64,000 bases of DNA from a virus (taxonomy: Duplodnaviria > Caudoviricetes), in IMG/VR virus record IMGVR_UViG_3300033066_001904, positions 22,763-86,762 of that record; one strand, given 5' to 3'. The translations under genes were made by a program, and so were the position numbers. The notes beneath the pieces are model-generated. The model was not told the origin of the DNA and searched no databases. It was given only the letters and a program-made list of their open reading frames with translations. Shown here one piece after another: positions 48,473 through 58,611 of the stretch; the first letter of the stretch is position 1; every line of letters starts with the position of its first letter.

Positions 48473-50371
48473 TTATATGTTCTTAATATTTTTTTCGTCT
48501 AATATATCGCCCTCTTTTTCAAAGACCATTTCCTTTTTGCTAAAATCTATGGATTCTAATAATTTTTTGTTTTTCATATATTCTGCTAAAGCTAGTGGGG
48601 AACCTCCTTTAGGAACACCATTTTCGTCACCTTTTCTCATTAAATTTTGATTAGCTGTACGAGAATTCTCTTTACTTCCTAGTCTATCTTTACCTAAAGG
48701 ATCTTGTTGTGTATTAATTATAGACGATTTTTCAACAGGTCTACCTAAAGTTTTCTTTTCATCATATCCCGGAGGAGTAACTCCATTGTCGTTAGCACCG
48801 GATCTACCTAGACCTGACATTTGGGCTAAATCATGAGGAGTACCATAAGATTTACCAGATTTTGCAGGATCATTACCTTCATTTTCAATTTGATTATGTC
48901 TAAATACTCGTTTTTTATCTTCTAAAACTAGATCTCTATATTCATCATATTGATCCTCAGAAAACTGAAATACTTTATCATATATCCAATCCGATGGTAA
49001 TAAGCCTGTATCTTGAATACTTCTAGCTAGATCTACTTTTTCTTTCCATAAAGCCACTTTTTCTTGTTCATATACAACTGATGGAGTTGTTAGAGATAAT
49101 TCAAAATTAGATAATGATTCTCCGTCATATCCCTGAACATATAAATGCACTAATGCTATTTTGTATAGTTCTGATAGAACAATACGTTGTATACGTTCTA
49201 CAGTACGAGCAAATCTAATATCTTCTGCGGCTAATGTAGCTTTACCTTGTAAATCTTTTTCAAATCCAAAAAATGCTTTAGGTACTTTTAGAGCAGCTAA
49301 CATTTCATCACGTAAAAAATTAACGTCTTCTATGGCATTATATTGTAGACCAGGCATGTTTTCTATTCTTGTAGTAGCATCATTACCTCTCATTGGAATG
49401 TAGAAATCTTCTAATACGTTTTGTACGTTATATTTTAAGTTATATTCACCTGTTTGTTGATCAATGTAAGGAGTTTTCTTCATTTTTTGCATAACTTTTT
49501 GCATATAAGCATCTACCTCATGAGGGGGTATATTTCCTACATTTATATAAAATGCTCTTTTATCTGCTGCTCTTGTAATACGATGTAGTAACATCGCATC
49601 CTTCATTAAAGTATATTGTTTATACGTTTTTCTAGCTGGCTCTATAAATGCTCTTCCATAAGGTAAATAGTTGGCATCTGTTAATAATCTAAAGTGAGCT
49701 ACTTCATAGTTTTCAAACTTAATTTTACCATCTCTATCTCTAGAACGAGAATTTATTCCACCCGCAGAAATAACCATAGGGTCTATTTTAAAAGAAACAT
49801 AATTAGGATTATTAGGATCCATCCCTTCTTCTCTAATCATATCATAAACTGATAAAGGAGTTACATTGTATACTCCGAATTTTTCTGCTATTTCCATGTG
49901 TAGATAAAAATCTCCATATTTACACATATTTCTTATCCACAACCAAAGATTAAATTCTATATTTAAAATATCATAAAATAAATTATATAATATTTTTTGA
50001 ATACTTTCATCAGCACTTCTAATTTGTAATACTTCTTGAGCTTCATTTTTTAATGTAGATTCATCTGCAATAATATCTAAAGAAGAAGCTATTATAGATT
50101 CTGTATCCATAGCCTCATAATCCGTATACAATTGAATTCTAAGTGTTTGATAATTCATTGTAGGATTATACGGCATATTAGCTCCGTATCTATGTAACTT
50201 AGTAAATCTATCTATTAATGAATTGGTTTTTACATTACCATAAGATTGTATTCTATCAACGTCAGTTACTTTTAATTGATTTCCTCCTACATTTCTTATA
50301 ATTACATCAGTACTAAATAATCTTTTTAATTTTGTAAAAAGACCATCATTTTGATTATTATTTTCTGCCAT
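48473..50371 (-). CDS. portal protein (gp20-like)
   Basis: YGRAFIEPARK, RAFYINVGN, EDFYIPMRG, LKVPKAF. Confidence 0.95.
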   Translation of the reverse strand: MAENNNQNDGLFTKLKRLFSTDVIIRNVGGNQLKVTDVDRIQSYGNVKTNSLIDRFTKLHRYGANMPYNPTMNYQTLRIQLYTDYEAMDTESIIASSLDIIADESTLKNEAQEVLQIRSADESIQKILYNLFYDILNIEFNLWLWIRNMCKYGDFYLHMEIAEKFGVYNVTPLSVYDMIREEGMDPNNPNYVSFKIDPMVISAGGINSRSRDRDGKIKFENYEVAHFRLLTDANYLPYGRAFIEPARKTYKQYTLMKDAMLLHRITRAADKRAFYINVGNIPPHEVDAYMQKVMQKMKKTPYIDQQTGEYNLKYNVQNVLEDFYIPMRGNDATTRIENMPGLQYNAIEDVNFLRDEMLAALKVPKAFFGFEKDLQGKATLAAEDIRFARTVERIQRIVLSELYKIALVHLYVQGYDGESLSNFELSLTTPSVVYEQEKVALWKEKVDLARSIQDTGLLPSDWIYDKVFQFSEDQYDEYRDLVLEDKKRVFRHNQIENEGNDPAKSGKSYGTPHDLAQMSGLGRSGANDNGVTPPGYDEKKTLGRPVEKSSIINTQQDPLGKDRLGSKENSRTANQNLMRKGDENGVPKGGSPLALAEYMKNKKLLESIDFSKKEMVFEKEGDILDEKNIKNI

Positions 50372-50397
50372 TTGTTTATTTTATGTGTATAAATATT

Positions 50398-51984
50398 TTA
50401 TAGAACCCATGATACGTCAGTATATCCACCTTTACCATCAGGAATTCTATAGGGATTAATAACCCCATTAGGTATTGTGGGGTACATATCCTTATAAGGA
50501 TTTTCTGTTTTACCCATTCCTAGCATAGCTGCTTTTGTTAATTCCATCCCTTGTTGTAAGAATTTCATTGCTGTATCTCTTACAAAGAGCCCAATACCCA
50601 AACTCATTACTAAATCGTCATTATATCCTTGTTGAGCTTGTGCTTTTCCATTATGCCATATGAATACTCTTAATTCTTCCAATAATCTTTTTGATTTAAT
50701 AATTATTGCTTTTTCACGAATATATGCTTCCATTTTAGATATTACTAAAGGTCGTGTCTTAGGAGAAGTAGTAAATCCTGGAATAGTTTGTTCTGAATCC
50801 ATTTTATATAAAAATTTATCCATGTGCATATCTCCATATGATCTAGGTGAATAATACATATTATTGTATCCTCTTTCTAAGATAGTATTGACTACGTCCC
50901 ATCCTACCCCGGCATTTTCTACAACTAACATTGCATTATTATATTCTGTAGCTACAGATACTAACATATTTCCATATTCTCTTGTTCCTATTTGGGATTT
51001 ATATTCTGCTACTTGTATACAATCTGTCATATTAATTACATGAAAAGATGAATAGTCCATTCCATCTCCTCTTGCCACGTCAGCACATATAATATATTGT
51101 TTCGAGTAATCTACGTATTCCCAAATCCAAAAATCTCCTCCCATGAATCTACGCTCAATTGGTTCGACAACCCAATTTTCTTCATAGAAAGTTAGTATTT
51201 CATTTTCTACTACTGAGTTACCTGATCCTAAAAAGTCGCAATCATATTCTTGAGCAAATTCTCGAGCAGACATGTTAGCCTTTTCAGTATTATACCATTC
51301 CTGATCACGTTCAGGATGTAAATCCCATTTTAATTCTATAGGTTTAAATTCATTTTGATGTGTAACAGCTTCGATATAGGTTTTATGAAACCAGTTTCCT
51401 ATTCCATTTGGTGAAGATAATGCTATCATGGATCCTCCCGTAGCAATGGTGGGTTTAATACCTGTGTATATTTTATCTATATCCTCAATAAAGGCGGCCT
51501 CATCAACTATTAGTAAAGATATAGAGTATCTTCTACCTGCATCCGGTGCAGCTGATGATGCTATAATTTCTGAATTATTTGGTAATTTAAGAGATAGTTT
51601 ACTTTCTATTAGAGGTTTTTGGTTTCCTCTAAGCCATTTAGGTAAGTTATTGTACATAAATTGTACTTTTTCAACCATACCTTTAGCTGTTTCCTGTTTA
51701 GTTGCAACGCATAATACAACTTTATTAGGATTAAATAACATTAACCAAAGAGCATATCCGGCAGCTAAGGTAGAGAGACCTAGCTGTCTAGATTTATTAA
51801 CTATTACAAATCTGTTTTCTCTAAAATTGGATAAAACTTCTTCTTGGAAATCAAAAAGGTGAAATAAAATTCTACCTTTTATAGGGTGGGAAATATAACA
51901 ATATTTTCTAAAAAAATGGACCGGATTTAAACAACATTTAATGTATTCTTGTTTTATTATTTCCTTTATATTTACATCACTCAT
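50398..51984 (-). CDS. terminase large subunit (gp17-like)
   Basis: KSRQLGLST, LIVDEAAF, SSPNG, QEYDCDF, ADVARGDG.DYS, DDLVMS. Confidence 0.95.
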   Translation of the reverse strand: MSDVNIKEIIKQEYIKCCLNPVHFFRKYCYISHPIKGRILFHLFDFQEEVLSNFRENRFVIVNKSRQLGLSTLAAGYALWLMLFNPNKVVLCVATKQETAKGMVEKVQFMYNNLPKWLRGNQKPLIESKLSLKLPNNSEIIASSAAPDAGRRYSISLLIVDEAAFIEDIDKIYTGIKPTIATGGSMIALSSPNGIGNWFHKTYIEAVTHQNEFKPIELKWDLHPERDQEWYNTEKANMSAREFAQEYDCDFLGSGNSVVENEILTFYEENWVVEPIERRFMGGDFWIWEYVDYSKQYIICADVARGDGMDYSSFHVINMTDCIQVAEYKSQIGTREYGNMLVSVATEYNNAMLVVENAGVGWDVVNTILERGYNNMYYSPRSYGDMHMDKFLYKMDSEQTIPGFTTSPKTRPLVISKMEAYIREKAIIIKSKRLLEELRVFIWHNGKAQAQQGYNDDLVMSLGIGLFVRDTAMKFLQQGMELTKAAMLGMGKTENPYKDMYPTIPNGVINPYRIPDGKGGYTDVSWVL

Positions 51985-52029
51985 AAATTAGTTATTGTGT
52001 GTATATAAATATATAGAAAGGATAAAAAA

Positions 52030-52056
52030 ACCCCGCTAGGAAGAATCCTACGGGGT
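52030..52056 (-). terminator. rho-independent terminator
   Basis: ACCCCGTAGG...CCTAGCGGGGT followed by a T run on the minus strand. Confidence 0.8.
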
Positions 52057-52093
52057 GATTGATTACAAGCTAAAATAAAACAAAGACTTTATC

Positions 52094-52519
52094 TTATTTG
52101 GATATGTAGAGAAATAATAAGCCGCTTATTACTAAGCCATATATTACTTTATTAATCGTTTTTTTAGATTTTTCTTTTTTTACCTGCTTTTCAAGTGATT
52201 TTGAATATTTTTCTAAAGTTGAAATTTGTTGATACTGATTTTGTGTATACAAAACATAATCCATTTCCTTTTTTTGGAATGTTTTAATTATACTATCTTG
52301 TATAGAACTTTTTTGACTTAGTATACTATAAAACTGTTTCGTATTATTTAATTCAGCTTCTAACGAATCTTTTCTAACTAAATCTTTTGCTACTTTAATA
52401 GCGGTTGATTTTGAAAGTATAACTACCGAATCTTTATTGAGAGTATCTTTTTGAGAAAAAACTGTCAAGGTCAGAAACATTATACTTATCAATAGTAATA
52501 ATTTTTTCATGATATACAT
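52094..52519 (-). CDS. exported coiled-coil protein with C-terminal TM helix (likely start 52510)
   Basis: MKKLLLLISIMFLTLTVFS|Q signal peptide; C-terminal VIYGLVISGLLFLYI. Confidence 0.6.
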   Translation of the reverse strand: MYIMKKLLLLISIMFLTLTVFSQKDTLNKDSVVILSKSTAIKVAKDLVRKDSLEAELNNTKQFYSILSQKSSIQDSIIKTFQKKEMDYVLYTQNQYQQISTLEKYSKSLEKQVKKEKSKKTINKVIYGLVISGLLFLYISK

Positions 52520-52772
52520 GTTTTATAACGGTGTTATCTTTGGATAGTTGCTCCATTTGACTATTTAACCTAGTAATTGAATCAAAATACTTCACATTAA
52601 CACTATCCAATTTTCTTATTACCTTATTTAAGGTAATGTTTTGTTGTTGTAAAGAATCAAATCTTCTTTGGTCCTCTTTTGGCATATGAGGTTTAGGAAC
52701 AAAAATATCTATGGATATTAGTATAATTAATAATACTCCTCCAACGATTTCAGCCAATTTTAAGTTGTTCAT
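52434..52772 (-). CDS. N-terminally anchored coiled-coil membrane protein (i-spanin-like)
   Basis: IVGGVLLIILISIDIFV TM followed by heptads; overlaps the next gene. Confidence 0.5.
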   Translation of the reverse strand: MNNLKLAEIVGGVLLIILISIDIFVPKPHMPKEDQRRFDSLQQQNITLNKVIRKLDSVNVKYFDSITRLNSQMEQLSKDNTVIKHVYHEKIITIDKYNVSDLDSFFSKRYSQ

Positions 52773-52778
52773 AACAAT

Positions 52779-53738
52779 TTATTTTATATTTGCTAATTTT
52801 TGAAATCTGTCAATCATTACTTCCTTGACAATATTTCCTTGATCATCTGTTTGTTTTTTAATAGCCAAATTTGGATGATTTGTTTCTAATTCTTTTACTT
52901 TATTTTCAAATTTATGTTTCAACGTATACAAGTTATATACCTTTCTAATAATATTTCCTTCAGATTCAAATTCACCAGCATATTTTTTATTTACCCTATC
53001 GATTTCTTTTTTATCAATAAGATTTCCTTTCATTATTTGCTGAACATAAATTCTTGCTTCTTTAGGATAATTATTAATTTGTAACTTTAATCTGTTTACT
53101 CTTTCAATAGAATCTAAATAATCCATCAACGGATCAGCATCTTCACTAGATATTTCCTGTCCTGATGGTTCTCTTTTAGGAAGTCTATCAAAATTTGGTT
53201 CTCTTTCTGATGGATCCTCTTTAGGTTCATCACTACCCCATGTAAACATTTCATCGTCACCAGGAGTATATGGTACATCAGCTTGTGATGATGGTTCTGT
53301 TGCATATTCTGCTCCTCCTGTACGTTCTATTACTCCTGAATCTCTTAAAAGGTTAAAATAAGGATTAATAGCTTGTTGACGTAATTGTAAATCATTTGCA
53401 ATTTTTATAATGTTTATAGGTTGTGTTTCTTTTATTTTTGAAATAATTGTGTTGATCCAATACATTTTCTTTTTTGAATCCAAAATTTCTTTTGGAAGAG
53501 ATTTCAATTTTTCTTCATAATCAGAAGAGAGGCTATATAAAACGGGGTTTCTCGCCATTTCTTTTAGTTTTTTGCCGGACGTGGTCGTAGCAGATTTAAC
53601 ATTCAAATCCTTAGATAGTGTGGGATCTTCATTTGAAACATAGGTTGTTTTGCCTAAGCGATCAGTAACATATGTTCCTTCGCTTAATATTTTTTTTGTT
53701 GTTTCTTTAATAATCCCGTATAATGTGCTGGTTTTCAT
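52779..53738 (-). CDS. hypothetical protein with winged-HTH-like segment
   Basis: LKEMAR...IIKIANDLQLRQQAINPYFNLLRDSGVI; ends RFQKLANIK like the scaffold. Confidence 0.55.
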   Translation of the reverse strand: MKTSTLYGIIKETTKKILSEGTYVTDRLGKTTYVSNEDPTLSKDLNVKSATTTSGKKLKEMARNPVLYSLSSDYEEKLKSLPKEILDSKKKMYWINTIISKIKETQPINIIKIANDLQLRQQAINPYFNLLRDSGVIERTGGAEYATEPSSQADVPYTPGDDEMFTWGSDEPKEDPSEREPNFDRLPKREPSGQEISSEDADPLMDYLDSIERVNRLKLQINNYPKEARIYVQQIMKGNLIDKKEIDRVNKKYAGEFESEGNIIRKVYNLYTLKHKFENKVKELETNHPNLAIKKQTDDQGNIVKEVMIDRFQKLANIK

Positions 53739-53760
53739 AGTGTGTAATATACAATAAATA

Positions 53761-54282
53761 TTATGTTATGTGCGAAAGTATAGTATTTATTCGCTCAACG
53801 GTCGGGCCTTTAACTTTAATTAACTTTTTGGGCGGAAACTCCGCAAGGGATAAATTTATGGTCATGTCAATCTTTTTTCTATATTCTTCGTTAGTGGTTC
53901 TAACCCCATTATCCTCAATCACCGTCCCTTCAGGGTCAATATATACTACTAGGTCGTATTGGTTAATCATTAATAATCCTGCTTCTACTAATTTCCTTTT
54001 TTCATATTCAGAAATACTTAGTGAACTAAGTGTAAAAGCACACACATCCCATATGGTTCTGTCAGTTAATAAATTTTCATTTAATAACTCACTAGCTCTT
54101 TCAGCCATAAAAACAAACTGTCCTAATATGGATGAATCGTTGTTCAGAGGGATACCTAATTCTTTTAGGTATTTAGATCGTTCTGTCGAGATATAGTAAT
54201 CTTTAAATTGGGGTAAGGTTGACATTTCTTTTACTAATGATGATTTACCCACACTCATGGTGCCGCAAATTCCTATTTTCAT
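53761..54282 (-). CDS. P-loop nucleotide kinase (AAA_28/NadR-like)
   Basis: ICGTMSVGKSS, LLTDRTIWD, IEDNGVR. Confidence 0.75.
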   Translation of the reverse strand: MKIGICGTMSVGKSSLVKEMSTLPQFKDYYISTERSKYLKELGIPLNNDSSILGQFVFMAERASELLNENLLTDRTIWDVCAFTLSSLSISEYEKRKLVEAGLLMINQYDLVVYIDPEGTVIEDNGVRTTNEEYRKKIDMTINLSLAEFPPKKLIKVKGPTVERINTILSHIT

Positions 54283-54464
54283 ATTTTTCTTCTATTTTTT
54301 TTAAGGGCTAAATATAATTTATAGTTTTTTAATTTAATTTTAGTGAATAAATAAGTACTTTTAAGTGCTAACTTATTTCCCACATGATAGTATTTTGCAT
54401 ACCAATAATCTAAATACTTTTTATTTACTGACTTATTGGGACTAATACGTAAAGTACATTTCAT
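54279..54464 (-). CDS. small basic hypothetical protein
   Basis: 61-aa ORF with ATGA coupling on both sides. Confidence 0.4.
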   Translation of the reverse strand: MKCTLRISPNKSVNKKYLDYWYAKYYHVGNKLALKSTYLFTKIKLKNYKLYLALKKNRRKI

Positions 54465-54757
54465 TTAATCAATTTTAAAGCTTTAGCTCGTTGATATGAT
54501 ACCCATTTACCTGTTTCTGCGTTGAAAAAACGTTGTTTAGATACAGGTAATTTTTTATTTTTCTCGTTTTGAATTTGAATTGGAGTTTTATAATTTTTAG
54601 GTAGATGAATTATAACTTCATATGGACCATTAGGGTTTTTATTTAAGTTAAATTTCCATGTTGACTTAACTCCATCATCATCAATATAATTCCTTTCAAA
54701 AATTTTAGGTGGTTCTTCTCGAGTTGCCATTAAAATAACATCTATTTGTGAATTCAT
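54461..54757 (-). CDS. hypothetical protein
   Basis: 98-aa ORF downstream of a promoter-like motif. Confidence 0.6.
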   Translation of the reverse strand: MNSQIDVILMATREEPPKIFERNYIDDDGVKSTWKFNLNKNPNGPYEVIIHLPKNYKTPIQIQNEKNKKLPVSKQRFFNAETGKWVSYQRAKALKLIK

Positions 54758-54793
54758 TGCATAACTATTAATTTGAGAAAGACAAATTTTGAT

Positions 54794-54817
54794 TAAATAT
54801 AAAAATGGAACTTTGAC
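54794..54817 (-). promoter_or_regulatory. putative host-RNAP promoter
   Basis: Minus strand GTCAAAG-N9-TATATTTA. Confidence 0.5.
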
Positions 54818-54833
54818 AAAAAAAAGAAAAAAA

Positions 54834-55244
54834 TTAAAAACTAGTTAAAGACATGTAGTGGTTAATATCAGCATTGTTTTTAATACAGTCTGGATTTTTT
54901 AATTGATATTTAAATTTCCACTGGAGGATTTCTTCCACAGGTGATATTTTAATAATATTTTCTTCAAATGGATATTCTATATATTGTGCATTTGGATTGA
55001 AAAATAATTCAAATCTTTTTTCCTCATAGCTATAGTGTTTTATTAATCCTTTTCGAGGTCTATCTTTTATTTCAAATAAGTCATAAATATGGATTCTATC
55101 TGAACATACTAAATCCACATCTTTTGGTTCGCGATAAGGAATAGCTCCTTGTAATAAAAGAGCTACACTTCCCCCCAAATATATATTAGGGTATTTTTCT
55201 TGCAATTCTATAATTTTATCTGTATAACATTTTTTTAACACCAT
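54834..55244 (-). CDS. minimal nucleotidyltransferase-fold protein
   Basis: YLGGSVALLLQG...PKDVDL (GS + DxD Pol-beta-type motif). Confidence 0.65.
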   Translation of the reverse strand: MVLKKCYTDKIIELQEKYPNIYLGGSVALLLQGAIPYREPKDVDLVCSDRIHIYDLFEIKDRPRKGLIKHYSYEEKRFELFFNPNAQYIEYPFEENIIKISPVEEILQWKFKYQLKNPDCIKNNADINHYMSLTSF

Positions 55245-55606
55245 ATTGTATCGTAATATATTGGCTTTCCTTGAAAGGTAATATTTGGAACTAATCTAAA
55301 ACTGGTTCCCGAACCGCGTTCATGCCATTCTTCTGGAGATCTTAGCGAGATTAAAATACCACTACAATCATTTATTTGATTTCTATTTTGAGTTATAGAA
55401 ATAGTATCAAATACTCCTTCGTCGAAAAGAGCTTCTTCTTCACAGAATGCATTTGCTATATCATATATAGATGTGTTCTCTTCTAAATCACTTTCTATAC
55501 CTTCTAAAATTTTAAATATTTCAATTTTCTTATTTTCTACGAAAGATAGAAAATTATTTGGGATATTTACACCAATTTCATCAATAATATCAGAAAATTT
55601 TATCAT
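55235..55606 (-). CDS. EIGxNxP-tagged protein
   Basis: Starts MIKFSDIIDEIGVNIP. Confidence 0.7.
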   Translation of the reverse strand: MIKFSDIIDEIGVNIPNNFLSFVENKKIEIFKILEGIESDLEENTSIYDIANAFCEEEALFDEGVFDTISITQNRNQINDCSGILISLRSPEEWHERGSGTSFRLVPNITFQGKPIYYDTIWC

Positions 55607-56067
55607 GCTATTTTTACTCCATTTTCGTCATAATGAACAACATCACCAATATATTCTCCACTTGGTTCAAACCAACCAACAAACTCAGTACCCTCCTCAT
55701 CGTTATAGGGTATTTCTATTGTAATTTCATGAGGAGGATGTATACTAATTTTTATATCAAAACAGTCAGATGGTTTATAAGGACTAGTAAATCCCCAATA
55801 AAAATCATTTATTAAGTAAAATCTATCAAGTTTACCATACTTTTGAATTAGTTTAATAAATGCTTCTTTTCTTTCTTTGTCCCCGGCCCATGATGAATTA
55901 AAAGAATGTATTGTATAATCTTCTCTCATTGGTTCAAGTGATTCAAATCCACTATTACCGTCTCCAAAATATTGGAGTAATACTTTAACTGATTTCATAT
56001 CTTCCTTAGTGAAGGATTTAGGTACATTTACACCTATTTCTTGTAGTATTTTGCTAAATTTTATCAT
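55603..56067 (-). CDS. EIGxNxP-tagged protein
   Basis: Starts MIKFSKILQEIGVNVP. Confidence 0.7.
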   Translation of the reverse strand: MIKFSKILQEIGVNVPKSFTKEDMKSVKVLLQYFGDGNSGFESLEPMREDYTIHSFNSSWAGDKERKEAFIKLIQKYGKLDRFYLINDFYWGFTSPYKPSDCFDIKISIHPPHEITIEIPYNDEEGTEFVGWFEPSGEYIGDVVHYDENGVKIA

Positions 56068-58076
56068 TTTATTATACCTGCTCTTAACATAAATTTATAT
56101 TTATCCCAATCATCGTATATTGATTCTTTTAAAATAAATGGTTTATCATCTACTTTTAAATCTTTAAGAGAAAATATTCTTCTTTGCTCCTGATTTGGAT
56201 AACCATTTAAAATTTGATCATCACCTAAAGTTATATTTTCGCTATTTATGCGTTTTATAATTTTATCTGTATTTGGATCTAACAAAACCCATTTATAGTA
56301 AAAATTATCACTTTTTTCTTCTGGTAAGAGAAGATACTTATCCACCATGAACGGAACAGCATAAAAATGTACTATATTAGGATCATTTGGATCGTTGCTT
56401 TTTGGAGCTTTAGCTCTTTTTGTTAATTCTAAAATAGCTTCTTGTTCTTCTCTACTTAAACTTATCCATTGTTTGTAAAAAATAGGAACAGGAGTAACAT
56501 TCTGCTTTGGCATCTCAGTTCTTTCATTTAGAACCTTAAGGTTATTTGTTCCTGAGTCATATTCCCAATTTTCTAACAGTTTAAAATATATAGTGTATAA
56601 TTTTTTTAATTTATCGTTCGATATGTATTGAATATATTTTTCTGGGATATACCATAATCTTTTAGCATCATTATCTACATAATCTTGTAATAATTCCTTG
56701 TTAAGGAACATATCAATAAATTCTACAGTAAGTGAAGATGGAATGTCTTTGTATTTATCATAATATCTTTTTTTAGATTCCTCTTTTAGATATGGTACAA
56801 ATATAATGGGTAAATCTTCATTGGGATATCTACTAGATCTGTATTCAGCATAACGTCTTAGTAATTGTTTACTATCTTTTAATTCATCAAAATTGAATTT
56901 ACGGTCATAGTTAATAAGTTCATTTCTACTTACTTCACCATCTGGAGGAATTGATTTAACTATTTCTGATGTAACAATATTTCTATCTGTAGCGTTTGCT
57001 CTTAACCAGTCTCTTTTATCTTCATTATCCATGTCGATAAATTCTTCTAAGGTTTTTCTTGCTCCTCTAAAACCAAGGCGACGTTGTTCATCTTTATTAG
57101 GAGGGATAAATTTAAATAATGATTCAAGATTTTTTATCTTATTCCATAATCTTATACCCGAAGGTGAATTAGAAAATAATTTTTTACCCATCTCATCCCA
57201 ATCCATTGGTTGGGTTTCATCTCCGTTAACAGCTGTTGTACGGGTATAACCTCCACCTGCAAAGGCGTGTAACACTACAGCATGGTATTTATCATCTCTA
57301 GGTAAAGATCTGTCAAAAATGAAATAAAACATTCTATTAAGCTTGGCATTGCTTTGCATGTATCTATAACTAGGATACATGGTATTACCTATACACCATC
57401 CGTAAGAACCTTTATATTTTTTACCGTAATATACACATTTATGTTCTTCATCTCCTTTAAAAATTTCTATATCATCTTTATCATACACTAAATCACCTTG
57501 AGCATGAGCATCATTACTTTCTCCTCCTTCTCCTTCTAAAGGGAATAAGGTATCTAACATATTTTCTAGTGTATGGAAATTTCTCCAATTTAAAATATTC
57601 TTATATGCATCTTTATGTAATAGTTCTTTAGGAACTACAGCTAAAGCGTTTTCATTTTTAGCTTCCACAGCTTGTTGAAGTGCTGCTAAATTTTGTTTAA
57701 AACGAGCAACGTAATTTCCTATAACTTGTGGATTAGCGTATTGATCTTGTTTTTTATACATTTCAATAGCTTGTTTATATACATCTACTGACTTAGTATC
57801 AGCCGCTTTTAATACTTTAACTAAAGTAGCATAATCTTTATATTGTGTGATGTCTCTAAACTTATTATTAGCTTTTAAGTCATCGGGAATAGATGCTACT
57901 ATTAGAGGATTTTGGTCTGCTAATTTTTTAGCTATTGCTCCTGTAAGTTGTTCAAATCTTTTAATGTTTGCTTTAATTTGTTCCTCGGGGTCTTCCGTTT
58001 GAGGTTGATATAAAGCTACCATTTGATTTATAACTTTATCTGTGTATTCTTGTAGTATTTTTTTAAATGTTATCAT
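56064..58076 (-). CDS. large hypothetical protein carrying only the first half of the tag
   Basis: Starts MITFKKILQE|YTDK; two N-terminal helical repeats; CVYYG...WCIG segment. Confidence 0.65.
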   Translation of the reverse strand: MITFKKILQEYTDKVINQMVALYQPQTEDPEEQIKANIKRFEQLTGAIAKKLADQNPLIVASIPDDLKANNKFRDITQYKDYATLVKVLKAADTKSVDVYKQAIEMYKKQDQYANPQVIGNYVARFKQNLAALQQAVEAKNENALAVVPKELLHKDAYKNILNWRNFHTLENMLDTLFPLEGEGGESNDAHAQGDLVYDKDDIEIFKGDEEHKCVYYGKKYKGSYGWCIGNTMYPSYRYMQSNAKLNRMFYFIFDRSLPRDDKYHAVVLHAFAGGGYTRTTAVNGDETQPMDWDEMGKKLFSNSPSGIRLWNKIKNLESLFKFIPPNKDEQRRLGFRGARKTLEEFIDMDNEDKRDWLRANATDRNIVTSEIVKSIPPDGEVSRNELINYDRKFNFDELKDSKQLLRRYAEYRSSRYPNEDLPIIFVPYLKEESKKRYYDKYKDIPSSLTVEFIDMFLNKELLQDYVDNDAKRLWYIPEKYIQYISNDKLKKLYTIYFKLLENWEYDSGTNNLKVLNERTEMPKQNVTPVPIFYKQWISLSREEQEAILELTKRAKAPKSNDPNDPNIVHFYAVPFMVDKYLLLPEEKSDNFYYKWVLLDPNTDKIIKRINSENITLGDDQILNGYPNQEQRRIFSLKDLKVDDKPFILKESIYDDWDKYKFMLRAGIIK

Positions 58077-58611
58077 TATATCCTGGTATTTTTAACAATG
58101 CTAATATATTATTTTTAGAATTATGAATATAAAACATATTTTTTGCTTTTCGTCTTTCACTTTCACGTTTATTAGGGCTTAAATTTTGTGGTAAAGTTTT
58201 AAGAAAATCTATATATTTTTCCCAATCTGTGTGTCCCATTATATTATGTAATTGAATTTTTGCATATCTTGAATATACTAATGTTTGACCAGCCATTGGA
58301 GATTGTGTTTCTCTTCTAGAGAGCATAATTGGCTCTCCATCTACTTTAGCAGTAATATAATATGAATTACGAGCTCTTTCAGAATGCTCTACTATTACTC
58401 TTTCAGGTTTAACACCTAAAATTCCAAAAAATTGCTCAGCATTTCTTTTAGTTATACTAGATAATATCTTTTTTTGTAAAGCATTATCCCAACTAAATAC
58501 CTCAGCTTGACCCTTTGTACTCTTATTAATATGTTTAAATTTACCTAACTGTAGGTTAAAAGCAGGTTTATTTATACCAATTTCGCATAATATTTGCTTA
58601 AAAGTCATCAT
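58063..58611 (-). CDS. EIGxNxP-tagged protein
   Basis: Starts MMTFKQILCEIGINKP. Confidence 0.7.
   Translation of the reverse strand: MMTFKQILCEIGINKPAFNLQLGKFKHINKSTKGQAEVFSWDNALQKKILSSITKRNAEQFFGILGVKPERVIVEHSERARNSYYITAKVDGEPIMLSRRETQSPMAGQTLVYSRYAKIQLHNIMGHTDWEKYIDFLKTLPQNLSPNKRESERRKAKNMFYIHNSKNNILALLKIPGYNDNI

Noticed and set aside
6316-51984. Introns or inteins in RNR, helicase, RecA or terminase
   Set aside because: Each is an uninterrupted ORF of normal length with no intein or HNH insertion
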